Origin: Bugula neritina
Lineage: Eukaryota > Animalia > Bryozoa
Reading direction: 5' to 3'
Length of the DNA: 64,000 bases
Assembly (NCBI GenBank): GCA_964035545.1
Contig: OZ037766.1
Coordinates: forward strand, 30,106,274-30,170,273
Shown: positions 25,443-44,203 of the stretch, piece by piece
How the letters are laid out: the number at the start of each line of letters is the position of its first letter
Position numbering within the stretch: position 1 is the first letter of the stretch
Notes under the pieces: generated by a model
The model's input: the letters and a program-made list of their open reading frames with translations, nothing else
Database searches by the model: none
Told to the model about the DNA's origin: nothing
Program-made: the position numbers and the translations under genes

Positions 25443-26788
25443 GTAACTTGAGGTAATAAATAACAATTAATCTAATCATGTTATATATTAAAGTTTTATG
25501 GCTATGACTGAGAAAATTTGTGCTGTGAGGCCCTACACCTAATGGTTTTTTATTATATAGGCTATTCTGAAATTAGACTATAAGTTATGTAACTATACAT
25601 ATAGCACCACTATGTATCTTAATATTACAACACCACCTGTAAAGTTTTTTCTTGCACCAGACTGGGCTTGAGTACTGCACTTCACCTGGGCTAGGGTTTG
25701 TGCTTGTTCCACCACTGTTTTTGATTACTAACTCACTTTCAAAGCTAGCTTAACTCAGCTGTATAGCTAGCTACTGTTAGCTATTATAACTATTTATAGG
25801 TATTTATTATAGCAAGCAAGTAGATGAAAATTAGTAATTAGTATCTTACTATGAACAGAACCACAAAGTATTTTTATACCATCATGTTATTCTATACTCA
25901 AGTTTTGTTTCTTTTTGTTGATAATATTTTATAGTGTTGTATATAGTTTCAATAAGAAATGATCAATTTCTTGTGTAATGTTTTGTAATGCTATCAGTCC
26001 ATCATTTATTATATAATAGTTAACATTGCTTTATAGGTGTCATGGTTGTTTGGTTGGTTACGGTTGATAACTGTTGGTAATGGTTGGTTGGTTATATAAG
26101 AAAGGTTGGTCTGTTATATAATAACAGTAAAGATGAAATTCAACCTGCGAAGTTGCGTTTATACCTCTGATGAAAGGTATAAAGGTATGAAGGTATAAAG
26201 GTATAAAGGCAACTTGAGTCTCTTGGGCCTAGTAATTCACTCAACTGGCAGACTGTGAAGTGAAAACTTCATACCACCTATGCATAGACATTATAAATGC
26301 TCAGAATAATTTGGCTGTATTTTTAATTTGTTTTAAGTAACAGTTATTTTTTATTTTATTATTTTTATAAAGAGTAATCTTTTATGGTTAACACCAGCAT
26401 GCTATTAGATTGGCAATGAGCAGCTAGTTAACTGACAATTGTATTATCAAGCAGTTACTATAGATATTATAGTTTTCATGTTCGAAGAGCTGATACTCTT
26501 CAAGCAACTTTCTGGATGAGATGGGAACGTCAAACAACAAATTGTAGCTTGTTTTTTTAATAGTGTGTCATAGCTGCTGGTCATTACTTCATATCTCATA
26601 TTTTGTTATAATTACTTTAGGCTACTATAATACCATGCAACAGCTGAAGTCATAAAGTTATTCAAATTTTGTATAGTTTCAATAACTTTATATATAGCCT
26701 ACTGCCAATTGAATTTTTTGCTATTCTCATTATAATGAAACTTTATCAATAACAAAAATTTTATTTTTCATTTGCCAGAATGATAATC

Positions 26789-27215
26789 GAGTCAGTTTAC
26801 TTCATTTAGTACACACCGGCAACTTATGACCTATCATTAAAGTTTGCTCAAAATCAATCGAAATTTACTATACACGCTATTTTTATGTGCTGGTATTAAC
26901 TATACGCAAAACAGAAAAGGCTGGAAGGGGATTCCCCAAAATTAAAGCCAGGTCATTGTCATGTGCGCTTAATATTCTATATGTGCTAACCGTTATGAAA
27001 AAAACCGTAAAGGTCCGTAACCAAAACTAGCTGAATAATTAGGAAAAAACATAGGAAATAAAGCAAAATTAAAAAGAACTTTGATTATTTAGGTGTATTT
27101 TTTGGTGTTTTACTAGTTTTGGCTAAAAGACCATGTTCAAATTACCAGCTAAATTGTGAAAAAATAGCAAAAAACTGAAGTTATCCAGTGTGTACTAAAT
27201 TAGGTAAAATGACCC
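26789..27215. mobile_element. MITE with G(A/G)GTCA termini and 4-bp TSD AATC (Sola-like)
   Basis: TIRs GAGTCAGTTTACTTCATTTAGTACAC and TGTACTAAATTAGGTAAAATGACCC, flanked by AATC on both sides. The paralogous site near 34540 is empty. A relative lies at 57695-58115. Confidence 0.7.
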
Positions 27216-27515
27216 AATCACATATCTATAGTCTCTTGATGTTGACTTAAATTACATAAAAATAGTTTATTGGGACAAAGAAGAGATTAGATTCTTTTAA
27301 TCTCGGATTAGCCAGAGGTTTGGGCCCTGCAATTGACAATAAGTATTATATATTGTCTAAGATCTACGTATTTAAATATATTATTTTATGGCATTTAATA
27401 AATATTACCAACAGAATTATAACGGTTCAGCAAGTAAATCCAACAAAATAAAACCACGCATTTTTAGCTTTAGTTTATCTGAAATAATTTTAGTTGAAAA
27501 CATCAGCTATGCCTT

Positions 27516-27931
27516 CATAGAAAAGTTAAAAGAGAAATTAGAAATAGTAAAGGGGGCATATCTGGGAGGAGAAGTAGCAGAAGGCAACAAAATAGAGATG
27601 ACAGAAGAGCTAGAAGAAGAGGTCTTGGGAACAGAATTTAAATCTGCAATATAGAAGCAGGAAAACTTTCTGCTATTTTTTGCCAGCCGCCAACCTCAGC
27701 ACCTACACCATTTTCAATCACCCCAGCATCAATCACTGCAGCACCATTCACATCATCGCCATTTATGCTACCTTTCATTACAATAGCACTCATTACACCA
27801 CCACCAATTACGTCAGCTCCCCTTACACCAGCCCCTACAGCACTGCAGCTCCAGTTACGACTGCACCAAAAACTACTGCAACAGCAACTGCTGAACCAAC
27901 TCTAGCGCACCAAATAAAAAAATGCATTTGA
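27516..27931 (+). pseudogene. Copy psi3 of the secreted 6-Cys family (3' part of exon 2 only)
   Basis: Aligns to G1 (RDDRRARRRGLGNRI*ICNIEAGKLSAIFCQ). TAA at 27639-27641, one Cys lost and a frameshift. The 3' UTR and flank are homologous to G1 out to ~28460. Confidence 0.88.
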
Positions 27932-29745
27932 AAGCGTGGCATCTGTGCAGTGGGCTGTATTGAATTTCTTCGATCAGTTGATTGTTTTCATACTATGCAA
28001 ATTAACATGTTACTTTATAAAACTATAATTATTTAGAAAGTTTTAATGTCAATACTAATTTTGTAGTTTTAGCTATGAAATAAATTTTATTAGTCAATTG
28101 AAATCATTAGCTAAATTATGTAACTTTTTTTACTATACACACTTCATTTGTTAAACATTTCTAACTTGAATAGTCATTTCAAAAATTTCACCAAAAATGT
28201 ATACTCTAATATAGTACCCAGCTACAATTAATTTCTACGCTATTATATAGTGTCCAGCCACCATTAATTTACATTCTAATCCAGCGTTCATCCACAATTA
28301 TTTTGCACGAATCTGTTACTCAGTCTCAAAGCTTTTAGAAGTAAGTTCTATATTCTTTAAATTGCTGTTATATTTTGTTTGGAGCTGCAAGAACATGGAT
28401 TATAATGAGTTTGTGTTATAGTATGACTGTATTGATAGAGCGCTATAAATAGCAGCTAACAACCAGGTTAAACCATAAATAAGTAAATAATGTAGTGGAC
28501 TCTGGCCCCTTATGTTGTCATCCTCCTGGCATATAGTTTATAATCTCACATTCTCAGTATACCTGCTAGTAGATACTAAAATAAAAGGGCTAAGTATTAT
28601 GAGTACCATAATAAGCAATTGACTGAAAGCAAAACAATTGTGCATTTGCTAGTTTTTCTTTCTTGTTATATAAAAAGCATTTAATGCTTGAAATTTGCAC
28701 TGCTTAGCTTTAATTTTTTTTTCTAATTGAAAACTTATTTCTGTTTTCAAAGATTTATAGAGAAAATTCATCACCAATATTTATTTAGTTGAAAAAACTG
28801 TAAAAAGAAGAACTTTTAGTCACAAGATTAAAAATAATTTTCTTCTAGTTGATTATTAAACTGTTTGAAAATAAGTTTATTGCACAGTTTTTCTAATAGG
28901 CTTATGAGCTTACACAGATTAGATTTACATTTTGGTCAGGGTTTATGGCCACTGGCAAATCAAATGAATACCATTAATTCAGCTGCAAAGCAATTATAGA
29001 AAGATTCAGCTGAAGATTAGTTAAAAACTACAGCTTAAGATCAGCTTAAGATCAGCTTACCACAGATTAATGAACTCTATCTTGATTTAGGTGACAAGAA
29101 ATGTAGAGTTTTAATCCAAGACTTATGGTTTAAGTTCGTTTGTGAACTAAAATGCGTCTGCTAACGTGCCTCTGGCAAGGCAAGGTTATTGCCTCCTTTA
29201 CTTATTTAATCAAAAGCATTAACATATGACTAGACCAGAGAGGGCGCACAGGTTGTGTCCACAGAGAGAAATATTGTTCCCAGCGCTTTTTATTGTTTTT
29301 ATAGCCTACACCACACCTATAATAGTTGCTACACCTGCACTTATTTTGATCGGAATAGAAATTTATCAGATTAGTATAAGCTTACCAATATTTAGTTGTA
29401 GCTCTAAAACCACTTAGTTATTCTGTCAATGCTACTTTTCACAATTATTATGTAATCATCATCACTAGCTCTGAATGAAGCTAAACAGTGGTTGGCAGAG
29501 CAAAAAGTGCGATCAATGCTACAACTAAATAATTTATGTTCAAGCAAAACTTTATTTATATAAGAATCATGGAACCATTGGCAGTTGTTCACCTAACAAC
29601 ATTATCCGTTCACATGTGCACTGATGATGACCACAAAGCTTAAAAAGAAGCTATGATAGAGTGAACACCCAAGTTGATCACTATATTTGGGCTATTTTAA
29701 ATAGTGCTTCCCAGTTAGATGCTATTTATATATTTTCATGCAATT

Positions 29746-32290
<2,545 letters not shown>

Positions 32291-32292
32291 AT

Positions 32293-33382
<1,090 letters not shown>

Positions 33383-34863
33383 TGAGAAGAGGGGCATACA
33401 ACCTACTAAGCATTCGCAATTACGTGTGCAACTGCAGAATTAATGCAACTTTCTGGTATCATCATAAAGTTATTCCACATTTCAGTGTAAAACAGCATAT
33501 TATGTTTTGTGGTCCTAATTAAATTTAGACAGAAATAACAAAAAGCAATAGTTGTTAGCTTTTCTAAAATGAAATGTTTTTTAACTTGCCCAATAAAATA
33601 AAACTTCATCTGCTAAAGTGTTTTTATAGCAGTCACTCTATTGAAATATTGCATGAAATAATGTTTCAATAAAACATAACTGATAAAAAAAGACTTACTT
33701 CAAAGTACCCTGAAAAGGATGGTATATAATCCAAAACTTTATTGCAGCCATTAAAATAACACTGATGTACGTACTCCATACCCTAATAGAGATGCACATA
33801 AAAGGCTGAGACATTATAATGTACAAGCATACTATATATAAATTCACTTAATGTATTTAAAGTAATAAATAACAATTAATCTACTGATGTTATATTAAAA
33901 TTACAGCTGTGAGTATGAAAATTTATGCTATGAGGCAATACACCTAACAGTTATAGACCATTTTGTAATTTTACTATAGGTTATATAACTATATATAGCA
34001 CTAATATATATCCTAGTAGTACAACACCACTTGTGTAAATATTATAAATGCACAGATTAATTATGTTACATTTTGCATTTGCTTTCAGTAAACGAACTTT
34101 ATTTTTTTATTTAACTTTATAAAGATTGATCATACGTACAACACACACATGATATTAGCATCTTTAAGCAATGAACAGCTTATATAGTAAACTGACAATT
34201 GTGTTATCAAGCAGTTACTATAATAGTTATAATGTTAAAGTTTTCATATATTTGAAAAGTTATTAAATGTACAGGTTTACGTACTTTTCAAGTAACTGCA
34301 TGTATATATAAAAACTGCCTGATATGAAAAGAGTTTTAAAATAAATAACTTTAGGCTAATGATATATACTCAAGGTTAAAATGAAAAATATATCTAAATT
34401 TTAAATTGTCAATAACATTTAGCTACAAGGGCTATATTATGTACTTATAATGCTTAAAGGTATGAAGTTTATTGTATAATCGTGAAACTCAAACCTAATC
34501 AATAACAGCAATTTTAATATTTATTTGCCAGAATGATAATTATTTTTCTGCAGTCTCTTCTTTACCTAAAAGATATAAAAATATAGTTAATTATTAGGAG
34601 ATTAGATTTTTTAATCTGTGATTAACCAAGAGTGTGGGATATGCAGTTGACATTAAGTGATACATAATATTATCTACCTACATGATTCCATTTGTTATGA
34701 GAAATGTATTAGTTTAAGGTTTTTAATAGATATTATCGACAGAGTTATAACGGTTTATTAAGTAAATCCAATGAAATAGAACCAGTCTCTTATACTACGC
34801 ACTTTTTAAATACATAAGCTTATCTTAAACGATTTTAACTGAAAACAACAGCTATGCGTTCCT

Positions 34864-37800
34864 CCCCACTAACAATTTACATTGATATGACGTTGTATAA
34901 ACGTTGGAAAAAACGTTTATTAAATGTTTAAATGTCGACACATTTTTGTGCTATATACAACGTTTGAAACAAACGTTTATCGCAAAACGTTTTACCAACC
35001 TTTCATAAACGTTGCGTTGCATAACGTTGTGTAAATGTTTTTCATACAACGTTGGTGAGAGGTTGCGATCCAACATTGCGTAAATGTTTAAATTTAAATC
35101 TATCTCTTTGTCTCGCACAACGTTTAGGCAACAACGTTTTCTGCAAACTATTTTACCAACGTTTCATAAACAAGTCATACAAACGTTGCCATAACATTTC
35201 TTCGGCAATGTTTTAATAATGTTGCAAAACAAGCGTTATCTAGATGTTGAAATGTAGACGGTATTTAGCTTTTTTATCTAAAACGTTCTATAAATAACTT
35301 TTCATAAATGTTATTATAATGTTGTATAATGAACTCTATGCAGCATTGCAAATTTAGGTTATTATAATTATTTGGCAAGGTTTACATAACCATTGCTATA
35401 TTAAAGTATATATAGCAGTATAATATATACAAGTGGAAGTTTTATATTGTGTATTGATAACTTTATTGTTTAAAAGTGAAGAGCAATAATTACAAAAAAT
35501 AATTGTTACTAAAAAAACATGTACAACCTAATATAAAGACTTATTTGTCAATTTAAATGAGCTAAAAAAAATTACATATAAAAAAATGTGGCTATAATAA
35601 GTAGATAAATAAATTTATATTGAAGCTGATGCAAAAATTATAGATAGCAACAGGTCATAAGAAATACACAAAAAATTTAAGCAGCCAAAAAAGTAAAGCT
35701 AGTTTACAAATGTCGATTCAAAACATAGCTATTTAGTAAAGTCAACAAAGAAAACATTTCCGTATATAAGCAAGTAAACGGAATAATACAAATTATCATT
35801 TTAGAACGTTAATCCCTTTATATCCAAAGCTGAACATTAGCAATGAGCTTTATTTACGCTTTGGAGATTTAAAGTTATTTTAGCTTTCTTATTATTAAGC
35901 TTCATCCAAAATTGAGGTCCAACTGAATGTTACAGATTATAAGCTTCTGAAGACTGTGAATTCAGTCTGCTCATTCTTTTCCTCAAAATATATATTTAAA
36001 GCTTCAAAGTCTTGCTGCTCTTTACAGTAAGATGGTGACCACCTACAAAGCAACAAGAATACTGACTAGAAACAAAAAACATTTAATGTAAATTTATATA
36101 TAAACTGTGGTAAAATGAAGTCGTGTTTAAGAATATGTTGTGAAAATGGATGGACAAATTCAAATTTTTGTATATTTTTCTATAAAGATGACAAAAAATT
36201 TGATATATTCCTAAATGGGTAAGCAACTTCGACCTTATGTGCATTTCCCTATAAAATGACAAACAAGGGTGATCAGAAATAGGTGACAACTTCAAGTTTA
36301 TGTAAGTTTTGCTATAAAGATCGCAAACAAGACAGTTCTTAAAATGGGCGGGCAACTTCAATTTTACCTAGATTTTATTATGAAAATGACTAACAAGAAA
36401 TTGTTGGAAAATGGGTGGACAACTTCAATTTTATGTACATTTCACCATAAAATAATATGACAAACAAGAAAGTTGGTAATTGATTGGCCAACTTCAATTG
36501 TATTTACATTTCACTATAAACAACTAGCAAAAGAGTTAAATGGGGGGGGCAACTTCAATTTCATGTACATTTTACTATGAAAATGACTAACAGAACATTG
36601 GAAAATGGGTGGACAACTTCAAGTTTATGAACATTTTGCCATAAATATGACAAACAATAAAATTAGGAAATGGGTGGGCAACTTCAAGATTATGTACATC
36701 TCACCATAAAATAATATGACAAACAAAAAAGTTGGTAATTGACTGGCCAACTTCAATTGAATTTACATTTCACTATAAACATAATTAGCAAAAAACTTTA
36801 AATGGGTGGGCAACTTCAATTTCATGTACATATTACTATGAAAATGACTAACAGAACATTGGAAAATGGGTGAGCAACTTCAAGTTTATGAACATTTTGC
36901 CATAGATGACAAGCAATAAAATTAGAAAATGGGTGGGCAACTTCAAGTTTATGTACATTTCACTATTAAAGTGACTAACAGAAAGTTGGAAAATGGGTAG
37001 GCAACTTCAATTTTATGTACATTTTACTATTCAGATGGCAAATAAGGGTGTTCAGAAATTGGTGGACAACCTCAATTTTATGTATATTTCACTATAAAGA
37101 TGGCAAGCAAGAGTGTTTAAATATTGGTGGGTAGCTTCATTTCATGTACAATTCACTATAAACATGACTAGCAACAATGTTTTTAATATGGGTGAGCAAC
37201 TTTAACTGTATGTATATTTCACTATCATGATGGCAAACAAGACTGTTCAGATATTGGTCAGTATTTTTAATTATTTTACATTTCACTATAAATATAAAAA
37301 AGATTGTTCAGAGATTGTGGGTACCTTCAATTTAATATAAATTTTGTGTACATTTAACTATAAAAATGACTAACAATAGTGTTTGGAATTGGGTTTGCTA
37401 GTTTTACTAAAAAGATGACTAACAAAACAGTTGGAACATAGGTAGGCAACTTCACCTACATTTTGCTATAATGATTATTAACAATAATGTCTGATCATAG
37501 GTGGGCGACCTCACCTTCATACATACTGTTCTATAAAGATGACTAATAATTGGAAACTTGTGAAAATAGGTGGGCAACTTCTAATTCATGCACATTTTAC
37601 TATAAAAATGACCAACAAGAAAATGGGGAAATGGGTAAGCAACTTCCAGTTCAATTCCAATAACCTACTTTAAACTGCTAAATATTACACTTTTCAAACA
37701 ATTATTGATATAATGACCTAACTTTGTATATAATATTATCAGTGCATAACTTATTTATTTTTATTTATAAACTGAAACTTTAGACTTTTTGAAAAGTTTG

Positions 37801-38250
37801 GTCAATATTATAAGGCAAGAGGTGATGTATTAAATACTCCTTTCAAACATTACAAGCTTCAAATAATCAGAGTTGTGCTCACCAAACTATCAATAAGTTC
37901 ACATAGTGGCACAGCTGTGCATTCCCTCATATACAGTGTGTAAATTACAGATAACTTCATTGGTATGACCATAAATTTACCTGAATAGCCAAGTACATGG
38001 AAATAGCTAAACTCCTAACATTCAATGTAAGCAAGGTATAGATAGGTTCTTCTTGATGCACAGCCTGGGTAATTTTCTTATCAAGTAATCACAGGTGTGA
38101 GAATGGCTCAAGGGAAATTATTATTTTTAGCCTACAAATAATAAAATATGCACAGATTAAACTAATAATTAAAATAGGTTTTAACAAACTATTTTCTGGC
38201 AAAAAAGAAGTATTTTGGAAAAAACTATAATGGTATAGGTTGAAGGGGTT
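34864..38250 (+). repeat. Segmental duplicate B (paralogue of 12270-15560)
   Basis: Colinear homology from CCCCACTAACAATTTAC through the minisatellite and downstream block. Confidence 0.85.
36140..37650 (+). repeat. Minisatellite, ~60-bp units (expanded relative to 14005-14970)
   Basis: Same GGGTGGGCAACTTCAA core, over 20 units, with a multi-unit internal duplication. Confidence 0.9.
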
Positions 38251-39787
38251 AGGTGCAAAATGCATAACTATGTTCATGAAAACATTAATTATACATGTGT
38301 ACAGTATTCGAGCTATAAAATTTCTATATTATATAAACTACTTGCTTGGAGCAAAATCAGCAACTTGGAATAATTTGAGGAATAAAATTTATGGAGATGA
38401 TTAAACAATTTCAATTTGATGTAGGTTATACTGTCATTTTAATTAACCTTCTTTAAATTTTATCAGTGACTTTGGCTTTAAGCCGCAAATTTAATATTTC
38501 AGTAATTAAAAAATAAATAGCAATTATATACACAGAGTTAAATAAATTGTGCCGAATTCAAATTCAAGTTTTTTTCTCTAAAATTATCTAGTAAGTATTA
38601 ATTTGTTCACAACTATGCTGATTGCATGTGTTAATCACTGTGTCGTGACATTCATGCATGAACGGATATAATCTATACACGCACATACTGCTTGTTTTTT
38701 TAATAAACACAATATGAAGTATAATCTGAATTATTCTAGAAAGAATTAGCAGTAATTTGGAGTTATTTATCCAATAAAGCTTTATAAAGTGGGTACGAAA
38801 CTTTTAATTTATGTATGATCTACTAACCACTATGCCATAACTTGATGATTTTTGTTCAATTGAACAGAATTGCATTGTCAAAAAAAGGTGCAACCTGCAT
38901 ATTTAGATAAAAGCATGAAAGATTGCCTTTAATTAGTATGTATGTTCAAACAAGGAATTAGTATACATAACATTTGATTAAATCAAAGACTATAACAAAG
39001 TTGTTATTCAAGGCGATTTTAAAGAGTAAGTAGGCAACCAAAATTTATTGTAAATTTTACTGTAATGATGACCAGCACAAATGTTGTGAAGAAAGTAGGA
39101 AACTTCAATTCAAAATAGGTAATCATGCACTCTGTCTAATGAAACTAGCACAGACTAAAAGGGCATAGGTAATAACTAATAATGGCACAAGTAATTTAAT
39201 GGAAAAATGAAATATTACAGTAATTGAGTGCCTTGATGATCAATTTAAACATGTAAAATTTTCAATCAACTCGAAAATTATTTTACAATAACCTATGAGA
39301 AAAAAAGCAAAGTACTATTTTTCAATAGTTGCCTTTAAAACTTAAAAGATTGTATTCATAATGATTATTTATAGATTGCAAGCAATCTAAGCATTGTGCC
39401 TAGCTTCACCAACATTACAAGAACAATATCGTTGGGAGTTGTGCTCACCATTTAATCAAACATGGTGGAACTTGTGCATTTCACAAATTTACAGTATGTG
39501 CATAATTGGTACTATTACAAATTACCTTCTTAGCCAAATTATACTTGGAAATTGCTGAAATCCTATTTATCCGCCTATGCAGTTCTAGTTGATGCCAAGC
39601 CTAGATATTTCTTATTAGCTTCAAGTAGTCACAGGTGTGATAATAGCCTGAAGAAAATTTATACTTGTTTGCCTGCAAATAATATACACATTTAAAGGAT
39701 TGCTCGATCTTAGTTTATTACAATCAAATTATAATTATGAGCTATAATTTAATGTGTATGCAAACAATTGTGACTTTGCAAAGGGAT

Positions 39788-41768
39788 ATAGCACTTGTTG
39801 TGAGCGTAGGAGTTGTGTTTGTATCTTCACAAAATTAACTGAGCTTTTCATCTGGACTATCTCTATGTAAGTTTTAAAAATACTATTTTCCAGACAAAGG
39901 CAATCACAAAAACTAAGTCCCTATTTTTTTGCTAATCTTTATAAAGTTTGTAATACGATTGTTGCAATTAATACCATCATATATATAGCAGCTACATTTG
40001 ATGAAAACTGTTTAATTTTTTATAAGCAAAACAAGTTCGAAAACCAAATAATTGTAGGCTAATAATTTTACTCAAGCTGATTTTTGTCATCTTAGTTACT
40101 GGATTGTAATTGAAAATAACACAGACAACATTGACACAGGTACAAATAGCACACTGATGTTATACCTTCCCAAACCCAAAACTCAGACTCTTATCCCAAA
40201 CTCAAACCCTCATTACAAACCCAAAATTCTTCATTAGGAAAATATGTCTTTATTACCTGTTTTTCCATTTATTATATATACCTGCGTTATTTTACAGAAC
40301 ACCATGTTACTGCTAGCATCAGTGTAGTTTCTATGATTTGATATTCATTTGGCTTTTTGTAAAAACTAGTCAAAATGACAATTATTTTTAAAATATTAAC
40401 AACCTGCATTGTGATAGTGATGATCACACTTCATTTTTTCTCTAAATATTTAAATAAAAACTTTTCAAAGTTCATAAACTATTTACTACTTTTCATTGTT
40501 ATATTGCCCGAATTCAATTGTTTTTTTAGCTTGCCAAGACTGCTTACGTACTTGTACTCAAGCATATGTCTTCGTCGTTTAGAAACTAGGAAGGGAGGCA
40601 AAACTGGGAGAGCAGTTAGAGGAAGAGACAAAAAGAGAAAGAAAACAAAAAGCGGGAAAAAAAGAACAAAAAAGGTGGAAAGAAAAAAGGCAAAAAAAGA
40701 GAAAAACAAAAGGGCAAAAAAGTTGGAAGAAAAGGAAGCAGAAGTAGTGGGAAAAAAGGGAGCAGATCGGATAAGAGAAAAAGAAGGAAAAGTAGCAAAA
40801 AGCAACAAAGAACTAGAAAAACTAAAAGAAGTCTTGGAAACAGAGCTCAACTCTGCAATGCAGAGGGTCAACAACTCTGTGCTATTTTTTGTCAGCCACC
40901 AACCACGGCAGCAACGCCATTTCCAATCATCCCAGCACCAATCCCTCCAGCACCATTTACATCACTATCATTTTTAATACCTTTGATTACAATAGCACCC
41001 ACTACATCAGCACCAATTGCACCAGCTCCTATTACAACAGCAACAATTACTTCTGCACCAACCACTGCTGCAACAATTGCACCAGCTCCCCTCATACGAG
41101 CTACTACTACACCAACACCAACAACCACTGCTGCACCAATCATTATTAGACAAGGTTTTGCTGGAGCAATTTTTGCTGGACCCGCACCAACCCCCGCACC
41201 AACCCCTGCACCAACTCCCGCGCCAACCCCTGCACCAACTCCCGCGCCAACCCCCGCACCAACTCCCGCGCCAACCCCTGCACCAACCCCCGCACCAACC
41301 CCCGCACCAACCCCCGCACCAACTCCCGCGCCAACCCCTGCACCAACCCCCGCACCAACCCCCGCACCAACCCCCGCACCAACCCTCGCACCAACCCCCG
41401 CACCAACCCCCGCACCAACTCCCGCACCAACCCCCGCACCAACTCCCGCACCAACCCCCGCACCAACTCCCGCACCAACCCCCGCACCAACCCCCGCACC
41501 AACCCCCGCACCAACCCCCGCACCAACTCCCGCACCAACCCCTGCACCAACCCCCGCACCAACCCCCGCACCAACCCCCGCACCAACTCCCGCACCAACC
41601 CCCGCACCAACCCCCGCACCAACCCCCGCACCAACCCCCGCACCAACTCCCGCACCAACCCCTGCACCAACCCCCGCACCAACCCCCGCACCAACCCCCG
41701 CACCAACTCCCGCACCAACCCCCGCACCAACCCCGCACCAACTCCTGCGCCGGGAAAAAGAAGATAAA
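39788..41768 (+). pseudogene. Copy psi4 of the secreted 6-Cys family with expanded (PTPA)n tail
   Basis: Exon 1 remnant 39788-39866 lacks the ATG and has TAA at 39836-38. Exon 2 from 40530 has a 2-nt insertion (GCATATGT vs GCATGT) and further frameshifts. CQDC and [13 protein letters not shown] are retained. The ancestral end reads APGKRR*. Confidence 0.88.
41181..41750 (+). repeat. 12-bp coding minisatellite (CCCGCACCAACC)n = (PAPT)n
   Basis: About 47 near-perfect units. Confidence 0.97.
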
Positions 41769-42695
41769 CAAAACTATTATTAAAAGCAGTAATCCTTGCA
41801 TGAGCAGCTGGGTGTATTTCAGTTTTTTTCAAATGATAGTTTTTACAATTGATAAACAATATTTTTTTGCAAAACTTCGTCGAGTTAACAAGTTTTAGTG
41901 CTAATACTGAATTTGTATCTGTACCTAACAAATAAAGTTCACTTGTTATTTAACATCACATTTTAATTTCATTTTTTTTCACTTTTCACTACACTTTAAG
42001 AATGAGCGACATCACAATTTGTTAAACATTTCCAACTAAAAGTGTTCTCTCAATGCTCGAAAAATTTCTTTTGAAAGCTTTACTTGTTTAAAATAGAACA
42101 AATGGCTAAGTTTTTAAATTTGACTATAGCAATGTTGAATCTAAATAGTTTCTATGATACAATTGATGGCCAATTATACTGACACAAATTGTAATGCTAA
42201 TCTTGAATTGAAATAAATTTTCATCTAAATTAGCTTTAGTATCTATAGTATGAAATTAAAAGAATACTTATTGCTGCAAAGCTTCAATTATGAAGATTTG
42301 TTTTATATCTATACACACCTATTTATGTGTCACATTTTTGCAATTTATTGCATTTAAGTTTTTTTTGGTTTCACATGACACATGCAGCATAACATTAATA
42401 TTTAAGAAGCTAAATCAGTGTTTTATGACGGTTTCTGGGCACAAAAAGTATACGTTTATTAATGCACTGACGTATAAAGTTTCATAAAACTTTAGTTGAA
42501 GACATTCTAATAACTTTTAAATGTCTAAAGAGATGGTAATTAAATTGAATGTAGCTTAGCATGCAGTTGTAGAATTTATCCAACTGCTAATTCTATTTTT
42601 AACTAACTGCTGAAGTTTCTACATTCTTATTTCATATGTTATAAAACATTTGTTATTTTAATACAAAGTTTATAATACAGTGTCAAAACTTTTAC

Positions 42696-42749
42696 AAGTA
42701 AGTTGCAGCATTTGGTTTGCTGCAGCAAACCAAATGCTGCAACTTACTT
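42696..42749. repeat. Perfect 54-bp palindrome
   Basis: AAGTAAGTTGCAGCATTTGGTTTGCTG|CAGCAAACCAAATGCTGCAACTTACTT, with no spacer. Confidence 0.95.
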
Positions 42750-43950
42750 TTGTGTTGAGTTGCAATAATATAAATTATATTTAGTTTGTGTATTGATAGA
42801 GTACCAGATAGCAACTGACAACCAAGTGAAACCAGAAATGAGTAAATGCATTAATGTCAAGTGTCCATGTGCTGCTAATTGAGTAATAAACAGCTGACAT
42901 AAGAATGACAAAACATCAGTTTGTAAAATGGAAACAACAATCGCACCACATTTTCATTTCTTCACATGCTACCCAAATGCATGGGTGCTCAGAAAAATGA
43001 ATTTAAGGTTGAGGCTTGCATAAACTTATAGTTGGGTTTTCATTCCATGTAACTGTTTACAAACATCTCATAACAATTATTTGCATAGTTTAAAGCTTGA
43101 CAACGTAGTGATTGTGAGTTCGGTTTGATGCTAGGGTAAGATTGCGTCTGGTAAAATATGTGTTACATTTTATGCAGTTTATAGTGTGTGACCCATTCTT
43201 TGTTATGTTGTGTGTAGAATATTTTAAATCAAAATGAGTATAGTTTAGTTGCATACTATATTGAATCAAAGCATGACTGCATAAAATCTGCGCAGAATGA
43301 GGTCTAATAAAAATTGATTAGTTTCTGGATTCAAATAAATATTTAAAAAGGAGAAATACCAGTATTAAAGTTTTTGACATGTTTACTGCTTGTTTTAAAA
43401 ATTGAAAATCTAAACTACTCCATGTTGAGATATTTATATTCAAATATTTACTAGTATATAGGCTGTAACTGCATTTCAAAGCCACAACGTGATTCTTGAC
43501 ACGGCGTATGTTTAAATTTGATGTAACTTTATTGACTTTTTGTTTCCTGGTGAAAACCCTGTTTTCACACTATGAGATGCAGATAATTACATTCTTTAAT
43601 TCGACTATTATATTATAGTTTCTTATATGACTGACATTCAACTTTGACAAATAAGTGTATGAAAAACTACATACTGCGTTGATTGTAGCAATAAATTTCA
43701 ACTGCCTTACTTGTATAAGTTATATGGCATTAGCGTGATCCCATTACATCACACTAAAGCCACAAGTATGATATCACTGTCAACAGAAAATAAACAAGGA
43801 TGAAGGCATAAAAGATTGCGGAGGTTAATGATGCCTGGAAATGTAATGTATGAAGGAATATGTGTAATTAACTAAAATTAATGTTATAGTATATAGGTAT
43901 CCTTTACATATGCAGTACAAAAACTTCTGTAAGGTATATATATTGTTTAG

Positions 43951-44124
43951 CTTGCCAAGTATGCTTACGTACAAAAGGGGAAAAAGATGGAGGAATGGAA
44001 GAAGAGGTGGCAACGTTAGAAGATCTGGAAGGAAAAGTCTTGCAAAAATATAGCTCAATTCTGCAACACACAAACAGGAACACTCTATACACCAGTCTTT
44101 GGATGTCAACCATTTACCGTAGCA

Positions 44125-44203
<79 letters not shown>

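Noticed and set aside
26167-26200. CTGATGA as a hammerhead core
   Set aside because: No stem II followed by GAAA and no NUH site with stem I.
36140-37650. 60-bp arrays (also 14005-14970) as CRISPR
   Set aside because: The inter-core segments are homologous to each other rather than unique spacers, there are no cas genes, and the context is eukaryotic.
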